Assembly: GCA_963976765.1 (NCBI GenBank)
Contig: CAXBME010000002.1
Coordinates: forward strand, 372,001 to 436,000
Direction of reading: 5' to 3'
Origin: an uncultured Planctomycetaceae bacterium
GTDB taxonomy: Bacteria > Planctomycetota > Planctomycetia > Planctomycetales > Planctomycetaceae
DNA: 64,000 bases
The translations under genes and the position numbers were made by a program. Shown here piece by piece: positions 1-8,591 of the stretch (positions within the stretch are counted from its first letter, which is position 1; each line of letters begins with the position of its first letter). The notes under the pieces are model-generated. The model made no database searches. It saw only the letters and a list, made by a program, of their open reading frames with translations, and was not told the origin of the DNA.

Positions 1-488
1 GTCTCGTCGACTGAGGAAAACACCTGAATTGACGGTATTCGTCTCCTGAATGCTGCGACTCCTGTGCGAGGCGATGTAAGTTTGCTACGGCAGCCAACCG
101 TCGCCAACTCCGACGACCTGAGGATTGTTTAGAAGCGTTGTGGCGAAAAGACGTTCAGAAGCGAACGTCGACAATCAACTCGAACAGGTACCACAACTTG
201 ATACTTCAGCTCTGCTGCGAGACCGCAGCGAGCTGAACGATCGGCGTCGGACTGCGGCCTTGTCAGACGGTTCCGTGTCGGGGATTCGCCTGACGGACTG
301 CTGTGCCGCATGGGTGCCTGGAACTTCGACAGGCTGTTCCAGCGCCCTGCGGCAGCTTTCATTTGCCAGCTCATGACCGGTGACGGCCAACGTTCTCTCG
401 TACCCGGTTGCGATGCTCTGCGGCAGACCATATCACTCAGAAGACGTTCCCCGCGCGGCTCTCGATTCTTTTCCGGAGTGCTCTTCTG

Positions 489-1937
489 ATGCGATGTTTT
501 TTGACGCTGACGACCTTGTTAGTTCTTGCTGTGCCGATGTTTGCTCAGGCGGCAAAGCGACCAAATTTCGTGTTCATCCTCGTCGACGATCTCGGCTACA
601 TGGACATCGGAGCGAACAATCCAAAAACGTTTTACGAAACCCCCAACGTTGATCAGTTGGCTCGTGAAGGCGTTCGATTTACGAATGGGTATGCTGCCAA
701 TCCGGTATGCAGCCCGACGCGCTACAGCATCATGACCGGCAGGTACCCATCACGAGTGGACGCGACAAACTTCTTCGCCGGCACACGCGAAGGCCGTTTT
801 AAGCCGGCTCCGCTGAATGATCGCATGCCGCTGGAAGATGTCACAATCGCCGAAGCACTGAAAGCAGCCGGTTATCGCACGGCGTTTTTCGGAAAATGGC
901 ACCTCGGACCGACAGAACAATTCTGGCCAGAGCACCAGGGCTTTGACGTGAACGTCGGCGGCCACGTTCGAGGTGCTCCTCGTAACTATTTTTCGCCGTA
1001 TTCTAATCCTCGTCTGGAAGATGGCCCCCGGGGCGAGCACTTAACGAAACGACTGACCGACGAAGTCGTGCGTCAGATTGGCGAGTTCAAAGACGATCCG
1101 TTTCTATGCTACCTCGCGTTTTACACAGTACACACTCCGTTGCAGGCTCCGAAGGAGCTGGTCGAAAAGTACCGGCGGAAAGCAGAAGCACTCGCCGGTC
1201 AGCCGGAGTTCGCCAATGAGGAACAGGTCTGGCCGAACGCCAGAGAACGCCGAGTGCGGATCCTTCAAAAACATGCCACGTACGCAGCGATGGTCGAAAG
1301 TATGGACAGCGCCGTCGGTCGAATCGTCGATCGCCTGAAAGAGCTGGACCTTTACGACAACACCGTCATCTGCTTCACGTCTGACAACGGAGGGCTGTCG
1401 ACGTCGGAAGGCTCACCCACGTCGAACCTTCCACTACGAGGTGGTAAAGGCTGGCTATACGAAGGAGGCATCCGCGAACCGTTCCTGATCCGTGCGCCAG
1501 GCGTCGCCAAAGCGGGCAATGTCTGCGACACGCCCGTCATCAGCACGGATTTCTATCCGACAATCCTCGACCTCGCTGGCGTTCCGCTGAAACCCGAACA
1601 CCATCGTGATGGCCAGAGTCTGGTTCCATTACTCAAGGGCGAGTCGAGTATCGATCGCGATGCTTTGTTCTGGCACTACCCGCACTATTCGAACCAGGGC
1701 GGCATCCCCGGCGGAGCCATCCGCGTCGGCGATTACAAACTGATCGAGCGGTTCGAGGACGGTCAACTTCACCTCTATAACCTGAAATCTGACATCGGCG
1801 AACGCGCGGATTTAGCGACTGAAATGCCCGGCCAGGTCACGGCGATGAAGAACCGGCTCCATGCCTGGTACAAAGACGTCGATGCGAAGTTCCTCCAGCC
1901 AAAACGTCCCGATGAACCCGCACCGTGGCGACCGTAA
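489..1937 (+). CDS. Exported Cys-type sulfatase (arylsulfatase A-like)
   Basis: Signal peptide MRCFLTLTTLLVLAVPMFAQA; FILVDDLG metal motif; CSPTR formylglycine motif; GKWHLG; SDNGG. Start moved from 408 to ATG 489. Confidence 0.93.
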   Translation: MRCFLTLTTLLVLAVPMFAQAAKRPNFVFILVDDLGYMDIGANNPKTFYETPNVDQLAREGVRFTNGYAANPVCSPTRYSIMTGRYPSRVDATNFFAGTREGRFKPAPLNDRMPLEDVTIAEALKAAGYRTAFFGKWHLGPTEQFWPEHQGFDVNVGGHVRGAPRNYFSPYSNPRLEDGPRGEHLTKRLTDEVVRQIGEFKDDPFLCYLAFYTVHTPLQAPKELVEKYRRKAEALAGQPEFANEEQVWPNARERRVRILQKHATYAAMVESMDSAVGRIVDRLKELDLYDNTVICFTSDNGGLSTSEGSPTSNLPLRGGKGWLYEGGIREPFLIRAPGVAKAGNVCDTPVISTDFYPTILDLAGVPLKPEHHRDGQSLVPLLKGESSIDRDALFWHYPHYSNQGGIPGGAIRVGDYKLIERFEDGQLHLYNLKSDIGERADLATEMPGQVTAMKNRLHAWYKDVDAKFLQPKRPDEPAPWRP

Positions 1938-1947
1938 CGGACATCGT

Positions 1948-4035
1948 TTACTCGCTCTTAAACGAATCGACGACTGCGGAAATCCGGTCCAGGTCGAGCT
2001 TTTCATCGTCGAGTGGGAATTCAGACCAAGCCAGCCACCACTCTTCGGTGAACGATCCAACCTGTCCGGGTTCCAGTGTTTCCCGCGGGCCGATCGGTTC
2101 CAGTTCGACGCGCGGGCCTTCCGGGTACCAGACGGAAATTGTCAGTCCGGCGGCTTCATTGTAGACCCGATCCGGGAACGTCTTGAACTTCTTGACGAAC
2201 AGAAGATCGTTCTTCATCGCGTAGGCCATCCAGCCGGCATACGAATCGAATCCGAGTTTTGGTCTCCGCGGCGCGGCGAGAATTTCCAGAAAGCCATCGC
2301 GAAGGCGAATGTTCGGGTCGACCGGTCGAGCATTGATGAGTGCGCCGTCTTCGTACATGACGTACTTGTTCGGGAACCGACTGTTCCCGACAAGCGGGAT
2401 CACGCAAATACCTTCTCCCAGAGCGAACGTGCGGCTCCAATGGCACCATTCTTTAGTTTCGTTCGACACGTTCATGATCGTCTGCTTGCACATCAGTCGG
2501 CTGGTTCTGGCGTCGAGTTCGAAGTCACGAACAAGCTGAACGCCGGTCGCGTCGTCGTGCTGACTGGTTAGCCGTGCAGATCGAGGACCGGTGATTTCGC
2601 CGGTCCATTCTCCTGCCCAAAGCACCGAACGCCGAGGAATGACAAGTTCCGGACCGATATCAAAGCGGCCTGCTGATGCCGGGCCCGGTTTGCCCGGTTC
2701 CCATTCGGCCTCCTGCTCGTCCAGGTAGAGTGAGTTCCTGCCATCGAGCGAGTATTCCAGCACACGCCCGCCAGCCTGAGGACACAGGACGACCTTCGTG
2801 TCCTTGTTCGTCAGTTCGATCGCCTTGTCGTAGTTCAGATAACGAACGACTTTCGCGGAATCTGATTCCGCACCCTGAATCGCCGTGATGGCAGCTTCCT
2901 GAAAAACATCACGTATGTCCGCCCCGTCTGCGTTGCCGAAGTTCGTTCGCTGGATCATCAGAACAAAGACGACGCCTCGTTGCGGGTCCATCCAGACCTG
3001 GGTTCCAAAGGCTCCGCCATGACCGCACGTTCCAGGATTCAGGAGTCGGGAGACTCCTTGAGGATTTCTGACGACGCACCACCCGAGTCCCCATCCATTT
3101 CCCGGCGTAAACCCAGTCACAACGTCGCCCGACTGAATGCTGGTCATTAGCTCGATCGACTTCTTCGAAATGATCGACTTTCCGACCGTTTTGCCGCCGC
3201 TCAGAATCATCTGATAGAAACGCGCGATGTCAGACGCTGTGGAAAACAGGCCGCCTGACGGATTCGGCGTTCGGCGAATAGTTGGATCAAGCACGACTGA
3301 CGCATGACTCGACGGAACGATTCCACCACCATCCTTCGGCGCGTACGTCGTTGTCAGCCGGCCTGCCTGAGCTTTCGACAGTACAAACGTCGTGTCCTTC
3401 ATACCGAGCGGTTTGAAAAGGCGACTGTCCAGAAAGTCGGCGTACGACTCGCCGCTAAGCACCTCGATAATCCGAGCAGCAACGTTCAAGCCGCTGCTGT
3501 ATTGCCATTTCGAACCCGGTTCAAATGCCAGAGGCGCGCGACCGATTCCGTCCACGATTTCTTCAAGCGGCCTGGTGAGAAAATCGGACCCCGGCGGTCG
3601 CGACAGTCCTGCTGTGTGAGTCAGCACGTCGCGGATCGTTACCGCTCGCGCCGTCGTTCCATCTTTCAACTTCTGTCCTTTGAAGGATGGAATAAATTTT
3701 TCGACAGGGTCGTTGATCGAAAACTTTCCTTCATCGTGCAGAATCATCAACGCCGTCGCCGTGACTGGCTTGGTCATGGAAGCGATCCGGAAAATCGAAT
3801 CAGCCTGCATGGCTCGACCGCTGGCGATGTCAGCCTGCCCGACGGCGCTCAGGTGGACCACTCGACTCTTCGTCGCAATGGCAGTGACCACACCGGAAAC
3901 CTGGTGCCCGTCCACGAACTCCGACATCCGAGTGTCGATGTTCGCAAGCTTTGCCTGGTCGAATGAAACTTCTCCGGCATTAGACACTGCCGCAGCCATA
4001 GCGTGGCTGATTGCGAGAATCACAAAGTTGAGCAT
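1948..4035 (-). CDS. Serine hydrolase (beta-lactamase class C-like) fused to a C-terminal DUF4380/mutarotase-like domain
   Basis: FRIASMTKP (SxxK), LTHTAGL, FEPGSKWQYS, GHGGAFGT, then ~300 extra residues (IELTN...GGRVLEYSLDG...VELEPIGP). The ORF-track start 4638 overlaps the opposite-strand M20 gene; plausible starts are 4098/4077/4062/4035. Confidence 0.8.
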   Translation of the reverse strand: MLNFVILAISHAMAAAVSNAGEVSFDQAKLANIDTRMSEFVDGHQVSGVVTAIATKSRVVHLSAVGQADIASGRAMQADSIFRIASMTKPVTATALMILHDEGKFSINDPVEKFIPSFKGQKLKDGTTARAVTIRDVLTHTAGLSRPPGSDFLTRPLEEIVDGIGRAPLAFEPGSKWQYSSGLNVAARIIEVLSGESYADFLDSRLFKPLGMKDTTFVLSKAQAGRLTTTYAPKDGGGIVPSSHASVVLDPTIRRTPNPSGGLFSTASDIARFYQMILSGGKTVGKSIISKKSIELMTSIQSGDVVTGFTPGNGWGLGWCVVRNPQGVSRLLNPGTCGHGGAFGTQVWMDPQRGVVFVLMIQRTNFGNADGADIRDVFQEAAITAIQGAESDSAKVVRYLNYDKAIELTNKDTKVVLCPQAGGRVLEYSLDGRNSLYLDEQEAEWEPGKPGPASAGRFDIGPELVIPRRSVLWAGEWTGEITGPRSARLTSQHDDATGVQLVRDFELDARTSRLMCKQTIMNVSNETKEWCHWSRTFALGEGICVIPLVGNSRFPNKYVMYEDGALINARPVDPNIRLRDGFLEILAAPRRPKLGFDSYAGWMAYAMKNDLLFVKKFKTFPDRVYNEAAGLTISVWYPEGPRVELEPIGPRETLEPGQVGSFTEEWWLAWSEFPLDDEKLDLDRISAVVDSFKSE

Positions 4036-4286
4036 ACGAATTTGTCGAACGCTGCAGCTCATCGAGAATGTTGTCATGCCGTCTTTCTGTGATGTCATGG
4101 TCGAAAGTCTTTCACACCGCGACCATCTTCGTGGCTTTATTCGGGAAATCCAGTGATCAACCGCCGGTTTCTTCAACAGCTGATACTCGACGATTGACCT
4201 GATCAGGTTTCGGCGCGATCCTGAGCGATCTCCGTCAGCCAGATGATGAATTTTCCCAGGTCTCAGTTTCTGATGAGGGATACGAC

Positions 4287-5411
4287 GTGACCGTTGTTGA
4301 CTATGCAGGTGAGCTGATTCGTTTCGAATCGACGTCGTCCCTTTCGAACGGGCCGGTAACAGACTACGCCGAGAGCGTATTGCGGAATCTGGGATGCGAA
4401 ACGGAACGAATCGAATATCCGGACAACGGCGTTCTGAAGGCCAATGTAATCGGTCGATTTGGAACGGGGACCGGCGGACTGGCTTACTTTGGTCATACGG
4501 ACGTCGTGCCGGTTGATGACTGGTCAATCCGCGAGCACGGTCCGTTTGAGCCGGTGGTCCGCAATGACCGACTTTACGGTCGAGGCAGCACGGACATGAA
4601 AGGATCGATCGCCTGCATGTTTGCCGCTTTGCAGTCACTTAAAGATCAAAGCTTTAAACAGCCGTTGTACATCTCGTGCTCGTCGGATGAAGAAACGGAT
4701 CATCGAGGTGCCATTGAGATTACCCAACGATCGCGGCTTTATCGGGAAATGATTGAAGGCGGTGCGCGCGGCATCGTTGGGGAACCGACGAGCCTCGACG
4801 TTGTGTACGCTCACAAAGGCGGCGTTCAGGTGGTCGTCACTTCATACGGCAAGGCTGCGCATTCCAGTACGCGCGAAGGGGTGAACGCCAACCTGGCAAT
4901 GATCCCTTTTCTACAGGATCTCAAATCAATTTACGAGATGACCGAATCGGACTTATCCTTGATGGACGACGAGTTCGACCCGCCGACCGTCTGCATGAAC
5001 ATTGGCATCAATGATCACACCAGAGCTGTTAACATCACCGCCCCTCAAAGTGTATGCACGGCCTGCTTTCGACCAATGCCGGGCACCAATGTCGATTCGA
5101 TTATCTCGCAGATCCGGCAAGCCGCGAATGCTCACGGCGTTGAATTCTGGCTGAAGGGGCAAAACCCGCCGTTTCGTCGTGATCCTGGCAGTGACTACGT
5201 CAGACAAAGTGTCGCTCTGACAAATAGTCGACCGGCGAGAACCGTCGCTTACGGTTCCGAAGCCGGCAACTTCGACGAGATCGAGAACCTGATTGTACTC
5301 GGCCCTGGCGACATCGCTCAGGCCCACAAAAGCGACGAGTGGATTGCTCTTGAGCAGCTCGACGAAGGCCAGCGAGTCTACTCCAGCATGATCCGACAGT
5401 TCTGCTTATGA
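4287..5411 (+). CDS. M20 family metallo-amidohydrolase, acetylornithine deacetylase (ArgE)-like
   Basis: GHTDVVP, LYGRGSTDMKG, SDEE, VGEPT, GKAAHSS, GPGDIAQAH motifs; GTG start preceded by GAGGGA. Confidence 0.88.
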   Translation: MTVVDYAGELIRFESTSSLSNGPVTDYAESVLRNLGCETERIEYPDNGVLKANVIGRFGTGTGGLAYFGHTDVVPVDDWSIREHGPFEPVVRNDRLYGRGSTDMKGSIACMFAALQSLKDQSFKQPLYISCSSDEETDHRGAIEITQRSRLYREMIEGGARGIVGEPTSLDVVYAHKGGVQVVVTSYGKAAHSSTREGVNANLAMIPFLQDLKSIYEMTESDLSLMDDEFDPPTVCMNIGINDHTRAVNITAPQSVCTACFRPMPGTNVDSIISQIRQAANAHGVEFWLKGQNPPFRRDPGSDYVRQSVALTNSRPARTVAYGSEAGNFDEIENLIVLGPGDIAQAHKSDEWIALEQLDEGQRVYSSMIRQFCL

Positions 5412-5439
5412 ACGACGGCGGTTGCCTGCTTTAAGCGAT

Positions 5440-6951
5440 TCACCTGGTCTTCTCTAATTTGCGTTTCCCGGAAGTGTTCGGCAACCCCGCCGCAGTTAAG
5501 CGAGCTTCGAGCAGCTCAGCCATTCGCGTTCTTACTTCGTCGAAATCAGGATTGTCTGCGAGATTGATGAATTGATTCGGGTCGGTCGCCATGTCGTAGA
5601 GTTCGGCTGAGCCATCGCCGTAACGCATGAAGGCCCAGTTCGATGTGCGAATCGAACTGGCGCCGTTGTTCAACGACAATGCTCCTTCACGGACGGTGGC
5701 ATCATTGTTCTTCAGGACCGGCACAAGGCTCTGACCCTGGACAGTGGCGGGGATCTTCAGACCAGCCAGCTCGGAGAGTGTCGGAAAGATGTCTGCCAAT
5801 TCGGTCATTGATGTCGAACGACCGGGCTTAAAGCCGGGTACCGACATGATGAGAGGAACCCGGGTGACTTCTTCGTGCAGATTCGATTTCTGCCAGAAGC
5901 CGTGCTCGCCCAGGTGGTAGCCGTGGTCGCTGGCAAAGACGATCGCCGTGCTGTTTCGCAGACCGAGACGTTCCAGTTCGTCCAGGATGCGTCCAACCTG
6001 CTCATCCATGAACGCGACCGAGGCGTAATAACCAGTCCACATTCTCTTCTGGTTATCGGGGTACCGACCGATCGGATTCTTCTCGTTTTGTGTGCCTGCC
6101 TGGCCGGCTTTGGGAATGTCGAGTAGATCGTTCTCAACGGTCGGTGGCATCAGGATATTCTGCCACGGATACGGATCGAAATACTGCTGCGGAGCGACCA
6201 TCGGATAGTGAGGTCGCACCAGGCCAACGGCGAGGAAGAACTTTTCGCTCTGGTGCTTTTGCAGAAGTTCGATCGCTTTCGTCGCGGACTTGTGGTCCGG
6301 CTGGTCGGATCCGTCGCCTTCGTAGCGAACGGTGACGAACATACGATGCGGCATTCTCGTTGACTGTCGGTTTTCGAGATCCGTCGTGAAAATGTTCTGA
6401 TTGAGACAAGCGTAGTGGCCGGGCGTGTGAGCTTCCTGCCCAGGTGAGTTGAACCGTTCAGTCCAGGAAGATTCGACATCCAGTCCGTCTGTGCCGGCGA
6501 TAATGTCGCCGGGAACCCGCATGTGATAAATCTTGCCGACGCGTGCGCTGTACCAGCCGTTCTCGCGGAAGTGCCTGCCGAGATTCATCTCAGCGCCACC
6601 TCGGTAGCGGCTGTGCATGAATGACGTTCGTGACGGCCCGCAGACGACTCCCTGACAATAAGTCCGTTCAAAAACGACGCCTTCGGCAGCAAGGCGGTCG
6701 ATGTTCGGTGTTCGGCAAACCGTGTCGCCGTAACAGCCCAGCACGCTGGCTTTCAGATCATCCGAAACAATAAACAGGACATTCCTGATCTTCGAGGTGG
6801 TCACCTCGGCCTGAATTGACCGAACGAGCCCAAAGACTGCCAACAGGCAAAAGCAAGCAATCGACCGCCGGCAGGGGGATCGTTTGAAAAACGAAATACG
6901 CGAACCGGTCGAGGTGGAATATCGAGCTTCAGCAGGCATGTGAGCTTCCAT
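5440..6951 (-). CDS. Cys-type sulfatase (iduronate/choline-sulfatase-like)
   Basis: NVLFIVSDDL, CGPSR, GKIYH, RPHYP, SDHGYHLGEHGFWQK; hydrophobic signal segment. Start uncertain. Confidence 0.9.
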   Translation of the reverse strand: MEAHMPAEARYSTSTGSRISFFKRSPCRRSIACFCLLAVFGLVRSIQAEVTTSKIRNVLFIVSDDLKASVLGCYGDTVCRTPNIDRLAAEGVVFERTYCQGVVCGPSRTSFMHSRYRGGAEMNLGRHFRENGWYSARVGKIYHMRVPGDIIAGTDGLDVESSWTERFNSPGQEAHTPGHYACLNQNIFTTDLENRQSTRMPHRMFVTVRYEGDGSDQPDHKSATKAIELLQKHQSEKFFLAVGLVRPHYPMVAPQQYFDPYPWQNILMPPTVENDLLDIPKAGQAGTQNEKNPIGRYPDNQKRMWTGYYASVAFMDEQVGRILDELERLGLRNSTAIVFASDHGYHLGEHGFWQKSNLHEEVTRVPLIMSVPGFKPGRSTSMTELADIFPTLSELAGLKIPATVQGQSLVPVLKNNDATVREGALSLNNGASSIRTSNWAFMRYGDGSAELYDMATDPNQFINLADNPDFDEVRTRMAELLEARLTAAGLPNTSGKRKLEKTR

Positions 6952-7166
6952 CAGTGATCCACGAGCGAGACATCGTCAACAGCCGCAAATCCTGGCCACT
7001 GGCCATCAATGATGCAAAGCCCTCAAAGGATCCTGTCAGTCCAATGCTGACTGGAGTGGTTCCCTCTTGAGCGTGTCGGCACATCCCCACCTGAACAGAC
7101 TGTAATTTTCCGTAAGCTGGAGCGAGCTCTCGCCGTTCGAGACATGCTGTGACTGGCCTTCTAACG

Positions 7167-8504
7167 TCACTTCGCGTTTACCGGTTTAATCTCCGCGAAG
7201 CGGTCGAGGTGTGTCTGCAATACTGCTTTGATGCGGCGTTGTTCGTCGGAGAGCGTTGCGTCGTCCAGCGGGTGCTTCTCAAGGCGATCATTGGGCACAT
7301 CGTAAAACTTCCCGGTCTCGTAAAGTTTGTATCGCTGATTTCTGGCGAAGACCTGCGCCTGCTTGACGACGCCGTTTCGCGAGTACCACATGTAGATGGA
7401 ATCTCGCGGCGTCCCTGTTTCTCCCTTAAGCTGCGGCAGAAAACTCTGACCGTCAATTGTCAGGTCGCCTGGAATCTTTGCGCCGGTCGCTTCGCAGATT
7501 GTTGGCAGAAAGTCGCTGAAGTCGATGATGTCCTGAACGACTCGCCCCTTTCTGATAACACCCGGCCAGCTGATGAAGCACGGAACGTGGTTGCCGGCGT
7601 CGATCATCTGTCCTTTCGCGCCGACGACTTTTCCGAAGGTCGTGTTGGTTACGATTGGCGTGTCGGTGCCATTATCGCCGACAAACATCAGCAGGGTATT
7701 GTCACGGACGCCGGCCTCTTCGAGTGTTGCATCCAGCTTGCCGATCGTCTTGTCGACGTACGCGACCATGTCTCGAAAAAGTCGCTGTGGGTCATTGCGA
7801 TCGCCTTTGTAAGTGGTCGAACCAAGCCGCTTTGGATCCCAGTCGGTGGAATCCGGCGTCGGATCGAAGGGGCAGTGCGTGAGGATCATCGGGTAATAAA
7901 CAAGGAACGGCTGATCGCTGTTCTTGTCAATGAAGTCACAAATAAAGTCGGTGCAGACCTGCGGACCGTATTCGCCATCGACGTAGTCCCGTTCTTCGCC
8001 GTTCTGTTCAATCAGAGGGTTGACGTATCGCCGGTCGAAGTTTTTGCCTTTCTCTTTTGACCGCCCACTGCGAGTGTGCTGCCAAAGGCACGCCTGATCG
8101 AAACCAAAATGTTGAGGCGCGTCGACTTCGTTTCCAAGCTGCCACTTGCCCGCGATGCAGGTTTTATAGCCGGCGTCCTTCAGAATATGAGCGAACGTTG
8201 TCTGCTGCCGATCCAGCTTTCCAAACTTCACGTAGTTACGTTTGTTTGTTTTTCCGGTCATCAGTTTTACGCGGGACGGCGTGCAGATCGGCTGAGAATA
8301 GCAATGCTCAAATCGCAATCCGGCAGCTGCCAGGGCATCAATATGCGGCGTCTTGTGATCCAGGCTGCCATTGGCTGAAAGGCACTCATAACCCATATCG
8401 TCCGCCATAATCAGCACGATGTTTGGTCGGTCAGCGGCGGATGCTGCCATGGAGAAGGCAAACAGAAACGACGTTACCAGAAAGAGTTTCGACAGCGTGT
8501 TCAT
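7167..8504 (-). CDS. Exported Cys-type sulfatase
   Basis: Signal peptide MNTLSKLFLVTSFLFAFSMAASA; NIVLIMADDMG, CTPSR, GKWQLG, GDNGT. Start moved from 8588 to ATG 8504. Confidence 0.92.
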   Translation of the reverse strand: MNTLSKLFLVTSFLFAFSMAASAADRPNIVLIMADDMGYECLSANGSLDHKTPHIDALAAAGLRFEHCYSQPICTPSRVKLMTGKTNKRNYVKFGKLDRQQTTFAHILKDAGYKTCIAGKWQLGNEVDAPQHFGFDQACLWQHTRSGRSKEKGKNFDRRYVNPLIEQNGEERDYVDGEYGPQVCTDFICDFIDKNSDQPFLVYYPMILTHCPFDPTPDSTDWDPKRLGSTTYKGDRNDPQRLFRDMVAYVDKTIGKLDATLEEAGVRDNTLLMFVGDNGTDTPIVTNTTFGKVVGAKGQMIDAGNHVPCFISWPGVIRKGRVVQDIIDFSDFLPTICEATGAKIPGDLTIDGQSFLPQLKGETGTPRDSIYMWYSRNGVVKQAQVFARNQRYKLYETGKFYDVPNDRLEKHPLDDATLSDEQRRIKAVLQTHLDRFAEIKPVNAK

Positions 8505-8591
8505 GGTTCTCTCATCTCTCCAAAGATCGTGTCTTTGTCGGAAACTTCTGGATACGAGTTTCCAATCTCGAAGGACGCGCTTCGCCACACG

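Noticed and set aside
4036..4638. N-terminal 200 aa of the 896-aa ORF-track call
   Set aside because: Overlaps the well-supported M20 gene on the other strand and has no protein-like features; the true start is near 4035-4098.
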